A stretch of DNA of 64,000 nt, from the NCBI GenBank assembly GCA_038063875.1, contig JBBTUH010000028.1:17046-81045 (forward strand), given 5' to 3'. The DNA is from Patescibacteria group bacterium. Its GTDB lineage: Bacteria; Patescibacteriota; Microgenomatia; UBA10105; UBA927. Below are positions 20,101 to 32,100 of the stretch, in pieces (positions within the stretch are counted from its first letter, which is position 1; every line of letters begins with the position of its first letter). Under the pieces are notes generated by a model. The model had not been told where the DNA came from. It did no database searches and saw nothing but the letters and a program-made list of their open reading frames with translations. The position numbers and the translations under genes are program-made.

Positions 20101-23100
20101 CAGCAACAGAATCCCCTCCTCCACACTCTTTTTGAAGCGCCTCCAACTGAGCCTTTTTCTGCAATTCTTTATCATTGAGAGTCTTCACGTCGCCAAATAT
20201 CGCCCGCATGATCGAACCTGCAAATGCGCGAGTCTTTATAAGCGCACCCTCAAAAGATATTTGGTTTTGCGTTGCATTCTCCCTTGTCCTAATCTGATCA
20301 AAACCAAAGCGACTATTTGATTCAGAAAGCCCAAATGGCCCATTGAGAATAGAATTTTGTTGATCTATGTTTTTTCCCCAATTTCCAAAAACTTCATCAG
20401 TCGTAAGATGGAAATATCCTATGATTTGCGAAGCATCATATCCTCGTAATTGCGCAAACGGAATAATAAGTTCAGAAAAATCTCCGTTTGCGCTCATACG
20501 ATACAGTGCCAATTTTCCCTCTTCTGTATCCCAATCAAATAGCTTTGCTTCTTTGAGTGTCTGTAATATAAATATCAACCCTTGAGCTCCTTTCCAATAA
20601 AATATTTCCTCAAATTTCTTCGTTGACAATCCAACCTTATCAGCAATCAAATACTGCAAAGTAGTAACCACGAGCTCTTGAGATTCGTCATGATTGACAC
20701 GTGCAGTTCTATTTCCTATAAGAAATATGTGCAATTTCTCATGAAGCATTTCGACAGCCGCCCATACAGGATCATCAATTATACTTTGTGCGATAATAAG
20801 CCCTCCGCCTGTAGCGCTCCCCCGCGCTCCCACTGGTAATGATCGAACAATCGTTATGTCGTTTACTGGATCTGAAGGATAATCAATCGCATACTGATAT
20901 CCAGGCAACAACTGATACATCAATGATGCAAGTGTAGAAACAAATTGAGCGGGCAGACCACTTTTCTGCACCTCTTTTGAAATAATCGCACCTATGACTC
21001 GTTTTTTTTCTGCAACAGTGCCAAATGGGAAATTAAATTGTACTTGAGATGAAACGAAATCCGGTATAGTCGTGAATTGATCACGTTCCACGACAGCTTG
21101 TTCTCTATTAAATGCATCACTTGCGGCAATCGCGCTTTCTTCATGAACAGGAATATAATCTCCAAGATCAGCGGCATTTTGAAAAGAATCCCAAATATCT
21201 TTTTGTTTGGTATCCAATGCCAATATGTCTCTCACTACATGGCGCGCTATCCATTTTCGATCAGAAATACTCAAGTTTTCATATACATTAAGCTCATTCA
21301 TTATTTGATCTTGAAGTGACTCGTCAATCTGTATGAAGCTCTCTTCGACTCGTTGGATTCGATCTATCAATATCTTTATAGATTTGGGTATTTCATCGCG
21401 TATTGCTAATCGAACTTGCTGTCCAACCCACTGTTTCCTCACCCCTTGCCATAATTCACCCATCCTCTCCCAAAGCTGCATCTGGATCGGTTCGGCAAAA
21501 TGCGGTATCCCCTGATCTCCCCACCATTTTTTCACTTTACCCACTGTAGTTCTAACAAAAACTTGAGCCCTCTGCCACCAAGGTTTTCCTTGCACTACTT
21601 GAATAGTATCAACTGTCGCATGTTCAACACTTAGTGCTTTAATATAGGCTGCTGCCTTTTCTAACGATTCATTTATATATGGAGAGTCCCCATCATGGTT
21701 GTATGGAATATAGGCAACAATTTCTTCTGGTTTGACCTCTAGTTTAAGAGCGACTTCATAATTATTTACATGCTCTAGTCTTTCTTTATGAATGCTTAGT
21801 ATTAAAACTCCGCCTGTTTTTTCACCCCCAGTATAACGTGAAGCTTGTGTTATGTCGGTTGATGCCGATACATATGGAGACAGATTGGTAGGCGTGACTT
21901 CACCTGAATTTGAAAATACGTTTGTGACAATTACTGCGTCTTTGTAAGTTAATCCAAGATCACCATATGGGTTACCTGATGATAAATACTTATTGATAGA
22001 TGACTCTAGTAGATCTAAATTTTTTAACAATTCAGGGTTTATAGTAGAAACTCTCATTAAATTAAATCTTTCAGGAGAAGGATTGTTGACAAAGTTGTTT
22101 ACCGCTTCTATCAATAAGGGGTTCTGAGGATCGTAGCGAATAATATTGGATGTTTGATCGAATACTAAAGTTGCATCGTTTATCCCTCTGTACACAACAA
22201 CATTCTCATCTTTTGGTGAATTATAAATAATCGCACTCTTTGGCCCAGAACCCGAAGAGTATTCGGGCAGATCGATAACTTTGCCGGGGTATTTTAATTT
22301 TTTTAAAAGAACCTCGTTTTCTACGTGGGTTATCTCGGGTCCACCCCACCATTTTCTCACTGCACCCCACGCCCGCTGCCACAAAGGTTGTAACCTTACT
22401 TTTTGAATAGAGTTAACTTCCTTTGCAGGCACAGCCAATATATTTGCCGCATTTCCTGTGTCTATAGCAGGAGCGTTTTGTTGAATAACACTCGATCCCT
22501 TAAATTCGGTAGAGGCTATAAATGTAAATAGCGCTTGAGTTTTTTTCTGATCCTTATAAAGGGTGACTTGTTTCCCAAATGGAGCTTTGATCGGTGTTTT
22601 TGAATCATATTTAGTGGTAGGCGCCTTCATACCCTCATACCAGTAATATCCTCCTTCTTTTGGAATTACCCTTGTTAGTTCAGCTTCGACTTCTTGTACT
22701 TCCATACCAACAGAAAGTATGGCGCACCCACTGTCTGCCGCAAAAACTGATGGAATATGGAGAAATCCAGAACTACCACAACCAGAATTGTCTACAGCTG
22801 ATGTAATAAGATCTTCATAGGTAACAACAGGCGTCCCTTGTGTTTTGAGCCAAGTACTAAAAGCCCGATTGAGTGGAAATTGACTAATCCATTTATATTG
22901 ATCCACATACTCTCGATCACCTATTTCAACAGCATCCTTACTCGCTTGTGGTCCTCTATGTTCATACGCAGGTAACATGGCGTAAAACGTCTGCAACGGC
23001 CGTGAATGCACACCATAACTATTTATAGAACTATCAGTGTCTTCGATTAAAATTGTCTGAACATAATGACTCACCTCATCATAACTAAACATGTATGTAA

Positions 23101-26100
23101 TATTTTGGTTAATACTCGTAAATATATAATTTTTCTTCTGATGCTTCAGTGGTCCTCCAACCACCTCATAGCTTCCGCGAAGCCCATGAGCAAAATCAGG
23201 CATATCTGTGTCAAGGTACGTCGTAGTATCAACTGCATATCCACGCCCCGTTGCTAAAAATGGCCAAAAAGACTCCATTCCACTGGTACTGTTTGTCGGT
23301 AATTCAAATTCAGCAGTGTACGTTGGATCTACTTTTTGTGTTCGTGGAATAATTGAATCAAATAATGCAGCAATCTTATCTCCGTCGCTAAAAGAGATAT
23401 ACCCACTCAAATCCACAAACGACCCTGACACTATCTTTTCATCTAACGCAACCTGTATTTCTGCTGGAAGCACTGTATCCTGCTCACCTATCCCCTTACT
23501 TAAAATATATCTGGTAGACGAATTGACAAAGCTACTTGGTGTCTTATCACCAGACTGAAGTGGCTCAATAGATGGAATAACTCTCCACGATTCCCCTGAA
23601 TTACTTTTATAAAACATGCGATATTGTGGCTGTCCATGTGTATATACCACCCCAAGAGCAAAAGACCGATCTTGAAATGGTATTTTTATTGGATCAGAAA
23701 GATATACGTATATATCTTTCCCCAGTAAAACTTTTTGAGTAAATTTGATCTGTAATTCTTCTAGCAACACAAGTAGTTCTCTCGGTGACATCGTCGGTAC
23801 GTACAACTGGGGAGAATAGTAGGCAAGATCTTTTATCAGTTTCGCCTGCTCAGTTGTCTTATCGATCTCTAAAGCTATATTTTCTGCACGTATTGGATTT
23901 TCAAATGGTATCGTGCGTTTAAATTGCGAAACAATAAGCTCATTAATATCAGAAACAATTTCTACCACCAACTCTTCTGGTATCCACGACACATAGTTCG
24001 TAGCTCTTGTTGGTGTAATATTTAATCTTGTATTTTGTGCAACGCGTTCCTCAACTACTCGCCCAACCTCTGGCTCTGTAGCGGCATATGCATTATTGAG
24101 GTAAAGTGCCTCATTTTCCGAAACAACCATCGCTTTAGGCAAACGTATTCCGATAATATTTACTAAACTAGGACTCGAATATCGTAAATGAAGCGTTGAA
24201 TTGACAGCTTCTTTAGAAGACGCATAGAGCCGTACCTTTGTGGCATCAGTCGTATCACCGAATCTCCCAAAATATCCTGGAATTACCCGCTCATCACTGT
24301 TTCCTATCGTGTAGTATACGGTGACCCATTCAGAATCTGGGAGTTTTTCAAGAATACTTTTTTGAATAGCCAACCTCTCATTTCCAGAGGATTTATACAC
24401 TTTATCTAATGTCTGCGCGTCATATCCCGCTTGTTGCAATAATGCAGTGGTTTTTGGCGAAACATACTCACTACTCATACGAGTATTCGTACCTATACCA
24501 GTACTAAACACTGTTTTTAATATTTCTTCTGAGACTGCTGCATTGCCAGTATCAAATGTAGTAGTTAGATTAAATAATCGTGCCAAATTTGGATCTATAA
24601 TATGTAAAACTTGCTGATCTCCCCACCATTTTTTCATTGCCTCCACTGCCCTCTCCCATACTGGCAAATCTTTCTCTCCATATCTATGCACAAATCCACC
24701 TATCAACTTCTGCCATGCTGTGGCTGCCAACACATCTTCGTCTTTTTCAAACTTATTTTCTGGCTCAATTGATACTAGTTTCAATCGTTCCTTTTCCGTA
24801 ACCCCTAATTCTGCCAATCGAATTGGTCCGCGCTTTTCTAATACGACATTGGTAGAAAGATAGCGTCTCAGCCAATCCCAGTGATGCACTGGTAAATCTT
24901 GTCGTGGCAATCCGTTTAAAAAGAAATGAGTATCTATAGAACTCAGCGCATCTTGATTAGACGCTTGCGCCAGCACAGCAAACGCGTTATCTATAATTAC
25001 AATATTTGCCGCCTCCTGCTCTGTAGTCGACCCCGCATCCGTAAATACCACATCAGTTATAGACAAAGAAGGATGAGAATAATACTGGACACCCCCAATA
25101 GAAAGATCCCTCAGTGCGTTTCCTAACGCAGTACGGAGCACTTCGATATCGACCAGAGTACCTTGCGGCAACATGATGATAAAGTCATTAGCCGATGGAT
25201 GGAATACAATTTGTGCAGTGACCCCCGTCTTTCGCAAGAACTCCCGCGTCACATGCTCGACTACAGGACGAAATTGCTTCTTAATCAGCTCGTCGCCAGC
25301 CACATCTCCCAGAGTTTTTTCAAAATCTGTATTGACATGCTTTAAGACTCCTGCAAATCCGACTCGCAACATGCGCACCGCATTCCCGTAGCCTTTGGTT
25401 GTACGCACCGTCTCAATGACCCTGACGACATCAGGAAACACACGAAGTGTTTCATCGGGATTTTCTTTCTGCAATGCCGACTGCACATCGTTAGCTGTAT
25501 CCTCAAGCAGATCATCTACCATCAGCGTCGCCACCACCTGTGTCAAAAACGTTTTAAATCCTTCATCATTTGTGTCTAATGTATCAATAGAATCTAAAAT
25601 AGCATTGAGCCTAGGGTGCGTCTTTCGATAATTTTGAATCTGCTCTCCTGTATACGGCTTCTGATTTTTAGCGGCCAGCATAAATTTTTGCCTGTCAATA
25701 CGAGATAGATCTTCTAAGCTAAGCTTTTCTTCAAACGATGTATGAAGCCCTATAGACTGCGATACGATACGATCCTTTACATACAACATCTTTTGATCAG
25801 ATAGCAACACATCAAACGCTTGCGTCAAAGGGTTGGATGCATTTTTTACTGCGTGTATATCACGTACGATGATGGCATATTTGTCTCCCGTGACACGAAG
25901 ATACGCATATTGACGGGATCCGTCTTTTATCTTGTCTCGTGCTTTATCAAAAAGCCACATAATTTTTTTTAAAAGATGATCCCCAACTGTATGCTGATCC
26001 CATACATTTTTTGCAGACTTATTGGCATTAAAAAGTTCTTGCACATCATCGACGCGCAACACTCGCCAACCGAGTGCTTCCAAAAGTAACCATACTGAAG

Positions 26101-29100
26101 ATCGATAGGTCATCTGTGGCATTTGTCCCGATATATTCATCGCAGCCAACCACTCGTCCGGATCAGACAACTGTGCTAAGGATTTTTTGTCAAACATATC
26201 GCGGGTAAGAGGTGGCAACGACTTTTGATGTAACGGATCAAAAAAATGTTCGGTAAAAAGTGTGAGAACTGCAGGATCGCCCAAAAGAAGCGTTTTGAAT
26301 ACTTTGGCGAAAGGATCGGTAGGGCTTCTGTCAGAAAAGGTAAGAAACGCCTGTACTATGGTCGCTGCCACAACCTCCCCTTGCTGCTTACGAAACGAAT
26401 CGTTTTCAGAAAACGGCGAACGATGTGTAGGCGCCTCAGCTTGCATGAGCTTTTGACTTTGAATATACATACTAACCCCAGTAGGAGCGATAATTTCCCA
26501 ATCAGAAAAATAGGTTGCCAGTGCTTGTAGCGACTGCTTAACATACACGTCTCCTGTAAGCGCGGACTCATCTTGCCCATCTGCCAAAACTATTCGCACA
26601 TTCTTGATTTTTTCATCCATAATTATCACGAGTGCAGGCGTACTATCGTATGACGACACCAACAAAACCATCGCCCCACGCTCCATTGATTGATATACCT
26701 CATTCTGAATATCGTCATTATTGATATATTTTTGGAGCTCTTCAAGACGAGATGCTTTTTCACTTCTTATCGTCTTTAAATCGATACTTCCCACTGCTAA
26801 ATATTCTATTTGCTGTATGTCTTGCGCTAACAATTGCTTTTCTAACTCATGAAAAAGTCTTGGAAGATCCTTCGGATCAATGCTTGATGGAATACCATGA
26901 GAAGCAAAATATTCTTCATCAAAAATATAGCGTGCGATACCTACCTGATCCAAAAATACTATTTCTCCCTCAGGAGTTACAAGTGCGTTTACATATTTCG
27001 GCTGACTGGCTACAACCGTGTTAAGATCCCCGTGTGGAAGTTGTGTATCGAGATACAGCGTCTCTAGAGCAGACTGTAGCTTTTTGTACAGAATTATTTT
27101 ATCCGTTAATGATTCTGTATCATTTATTGCTTGAAGTAGCGATTTTCCCTGTATATATTCCATTACAGCCATTTGATTTATGTTGTTTGCATCTTTCACC
27201 CATCCATAAAAGGCTGGCTTTACCCTTGAAGATATTGGTTGTATTGCCATTTCCTGTCCGTTTAATGAAGCGCGAAATAATTCGTCAGTGGACACATCTA
27301 TACGCCGTCTCTCACGAAAATCTGGTGGTGGATCGTTCAATAAGGAAGTGTCGTGATACACTTTTACAACCACACGTTCAAACGCCTTGCTCTGAGGCGC
27401 CTTACGGTATCCAATGACAACATTCGCCTGAGCACCACCTCCAATTCTATCCTTTGTTACAAACACGAGTGAACCATCACCAAAAAGCGTGTAGTGCGGC
27501 GCTCCAAAAGCTTGGAGCCCAATTTTTAATACTAATTGTATACGATCAGGTATCAATTTTATTTCCTCTCTCGCGTACCGCCATGTCCCTGGTTGCAGCG
27601 CTGCACGAATTTGTGTAGGTAACGAGGAAATGGACGATATATTGGTCAATAGTGGTGCTACATATGGCACAAACCATGGAGCGACGTATTGATTGAGCAA
27701 ATTTCCTATGACGGTTAAAATATTTGAAAGGACGGTCGGATCAGCTCCTGTAGCACTTCCTAATTGTCTTGGCAACAGCAACGCTGCTGATCCAGTAATT
27801 TTTTTCCAAAAAGATTCTGGTTGTGAGCTTGTGCTGTTTGCGGTAGACACGTCTGTCCTCACCCCAGGTAAATCAAAATACGATTGAGGTACGTAAATCC
27901 CCAATGGGACATCTACATTAAATGATAAATTGATCTGCCTATCCTTTCCAACCTTTATAGTCGGATATAATGTACCCAAGTCAAGAATTGCTCCCTCTGT
28001 AAGCGGTGTCCATTCATCTTTTTTTAGATGCTCAGCATTAAGCTTGTATTGGAATGCACTACTTGTTTTTATATATAACAATCCATTTTCTGTTCGCAAT
28101 CGAAATGCCTCATCAGGAAACTGATTTGCTGGAAGCTTTATATCAGACGTTGATCCTGATCCAGCCACTAATTCTTTTTTCTTTGGATTCTCCACCGGTA
28201 ATTGTTGTTGGAAAAATATAAATTGTGTCCCCAAATCATCAATAGGCACACCGTTACTATATCCAAGTGTTGATAATTTTTCAGCGGCTTGCTTTGGATT
28301 TTGACTTCTCTGCAACACTTCTTCTATCACATCATCTACAGAATTAAACCGATCAGGAATTTTTGATTGCGAAACCTTAGACACCCAATCAGAACTCAGC
28401 ATTATCCTGTCCCCAGGCTGCAGTTGATATATCGATATATGTATCTGTTCGACAGACAACTTGCCATACCCGAAGACCTTTGGAGCGCTTGTTTCCACAG
28501 AGTCATACGCCTGCACTGCATCCCCTGCTTCTAATAATGGTTGTAATATACTACCTTTAAATAATGGGACACCTTGTGCATCATATAACTGACCCATGTG
28601 ATAAATTTTTCCATTTCGTAAAATACGAGCCTCTGCATCTCCTATTCGTATCATCATGATTTTATTATTTGGTAATAATTTTGCGATCACGCCTGTAGTA
28701 GGAAATTGACCTAATTCTTCCGCCAAAACTCTCTCACTACTCGCCAACTCACCATTTAATACTTGACGAAATCTTTCTAAATTTTCTTGTGTCCACACCC
28801 AAGTGGCCTTTCGTATTTGCCCAATCTTATCGGATTTAAAAAAGTCAATAATATTATTAAATAATCGTATTGCGCCTTTCTGAGAATTAATAAACTCTCC
28901 GCGTAAAACAGATACTCCATCAGACACCATAGCCACACCACTTTGAATACCAAACGCTGCATAGTCATTTATACTTACCCCTTTTTGTGGGATTTCCGTG
29001 TTTAAATATCCCTCAGTTAAGAGCGCATGAGAAATCAAATATTCATCATCTTTTGTAGGACGCAATTGCGAAATCAACGGTGTTGGCAGTGGGGTACGAT

Positions 29101-32100
29101 CGTTCTCATCTTCAACACGCGTCTGCTCATCAATCGCAATACGAGACTGTGCAGTATTCAACGAAAATCTCGCAAAAAATGGTGTGCTCCATTTCAAAAA
29201 TGAACTTTGAAGAATAGTCTCTGGCGCAGGCATCCAGGCACGAATTTTATCCATCACATATTCTGCAGCGGGTTGGGCAGGTTTCTCATTTACTAAGCTT
29301 TGTTTTTCATCAATAGTAATTCTAGTATTTGATCGTATCAACTCTTCATCTACTCCTACTGTCTGAGCCATAATTGCAGTCAAGCGATTCGCCCGCTCGT
29401 TCTTCTTAGCTCTTGCAATCAGTCGCTGAATCCGATCTTGACTCCACGTACGAAATAATTCACGCGTTGAAATGGAAATATGCACCAAACTAATCTGAGG
29501 AAACTGATCCTGATTCGCAACGATATATTGTAATGCATCTTTTCCGCTTACTACTCCATTTGGCGTATTCACATCCCAGCGATCATCTAGTGTAAACCCT
29601 AAATTATTCACAGCAAACGCCGCCATCACAAGATTCGTCGAACCCACAAGCTTCCTTGGTCGGGAAAACGCTGATAAAGATCGAAGTCGCGAAACAAATG
29701 AGTCCATGTCGACCAATCCTAATCCCATCGTAAGGGCGTCGTAATCATGATTCTGCTTGACGCTTATTGGAACAAAATGAATATTCCAAGATTGAAACGG
29801 AATATATATATTTTCAAAAATTGGATGATCATAAAAAAACTCAGTCATTGACTGTCCAATTGATGTATCTGTTAATCTCAAAAGCTTTATACCTTTTGAC
29901 AAAAGATCCACTAACACTGTGTTTATAGTTGGAGCATCAAATCGTATGGCGCCATGAGCATCTGCTCCCTTTTTAAGCTCTTGTATAAGCCGAAGTGCAT
30001 CGGTGTCCAGTTGTGTAAGCCGTTGCCTAAATTCATCATCTGAATAATTATGCATCAATGATTGATCATCTTTTATAAGAGCGCTAAATACCATTTGCTC
30101 GAGACCGAGATGAACAAGCACATCCTGATTGTCTGCAAACAATGAGGTTCCAATTATTCTTCTGATCTCCTCGCGAATTATTTTGGTGTTTCGTATGCTT
30201 ATGATGGTGCGCAATAGAGTTCCCACAACTTTTTCTTGTTGAAACGTATTTTCTGAATTAACAAGGCCAATCTCAAATTTCATTTTTCTTAAAAGCTCAT
30301 CTATCACAATAGTTCTATCGTTACTTGAAAGTTCGGTTGAATGTAAATACAACAACGTAGAAAGCATGGTCTTATTCCCAGATGCTTGAGACATACGAGA
30401 AGGCTCCTGTTCAAGAATGAGTCGGGGGAGTTGTGCCAGCAACACAATTGGGTGAATTTTCGACACGTCGATGTTAGCTTCTTCTGCGATAGCGCGAACA
30501 CGCTGATCATCTAATCTAAACTGCTCAGCAAGTGATGAAATTATGTCATCTGATGTATATGTGTCGGTTTGCGGTGTGATACTCTCCACACCTAATATCA
30601 ATACACGAAACTGTGACCAAGTCGCGATAAATCGATCATATAATTGATGAACATTATCAAGTATTGAAATAATCGGTGGCTCCATCCCGAATGCCACAGC
30701 TTCCTCAGTTACACCAATAACATTACTGAACGCACACGGATTCGACAGGCCACCACCATCTTGTGCATATACTTTTTCTATCAACATGGCGCTGCCACAT
30801 GCACGATTTTGTATAGAACTAGTTACATTTCTCACTACTTGCTGTGCAGGTATTACGATGGGATCATACGCTCGATGAAGCGCTTTTCCTGCTCGCACCG
30901 CCTGGAGAGCAAACCTCGGATCAATGCGTTGACGCACTTGTCTGATAGCTTGTGTTATAGATTGTTGCGTCGGAATCGGTTGCACTTTAGCTGGTGCAGT
31001 CACAACAGGTTGTTCTACATTTTGAGCTGTATTACTAATCCGCTTCACTTCTGGAGAAAAATTTTGTGAAAAAAGATATTGTACTGATTGTTTCAGAGAG
31101 GTATCAAGTTGCCACAATGCTTTCCACCAGTACATAATTGCTTCTCGAACAAGAGATCGTCGTGCATCCGGACCTTTAAAATACTCATCAAATTCGGCAT
31201 CATATCTACGCTCATCAAAAGATGTTACCCCTTCTCTTTTGAATGTAAGCTCCTTTTGATAATCCGCATTGTGCCGTGCGATAATGGCTGCTTTTGCTTT
31301 CCATGTATTTATACTTTTTTTCACCTGACCGCTCATCAAATTTGATTGCGCGGGTATAGGCTGAACTTTAAATGCTGCCTGCGCGTCTTCCTTATATATT
31401 TCATTTGTTATGATGTCTTGAAATGGCTTATAATAATTTCTCACTGCATCAACATCCAATTGTTTATAGGTCCATTCACCAAAAGATTCTTTGTTATTCC
31501 ATGTTGGCAAATATCCAGGACCTAATAAAATATTATATGCGGATAGGAATGGTAGCTTAATTATTCCTAACGACGATTCTTGTGGAATAAGTGTGATGGC
31601 ATGTAAATTTTGAACAAGATAGTACAAAAAATAATCAGTGAGTGTCTTATGTTGTTCACCCGCAAAATCTCTCGCTATTTGATCTCTCCGAATTAAATCA
31701 AACAATAGTCCTTGATCTAACTCACCATTTGATCCAACCCAGGGGGTATCAGTTTCAAAACTTTTTCCTTGCTGAATTATAGCTAATATATGCTGCAGTT
31801 CAACTAATAAACTCTCAAAACCATTATCATTTTCCACTCTTTTAGCCAGATCCTTTGAGATTTCTCCAATAACTTGAGCGAGCCGGACAGTTCTCCCGCC
31901 AGTTGAGTCACCGAGAAATCCTTCTCCGTGACGGAGTCGAACATAATCAAGAAGGGTTGCACCGTCCATTGTGTATTCCACTCCGGATTCAAAAATAGTT
32001 CGCGTTGCTAGTTTATCATCAAGTGCATCCGTGATAGTTGCAATTGATGTTATGGTTATACCATTGGGATATAATGCGTTTATCGCATCTCTAAATCCGT

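Noticed and set aside
29480-29900. Possible second GNAT-like segment (GSTNLVMAAFAVNNLGF) in the giant protein
   Set aside because: Only a motif-B-like fragment with no acetyl-CoA loop; too weak to call.
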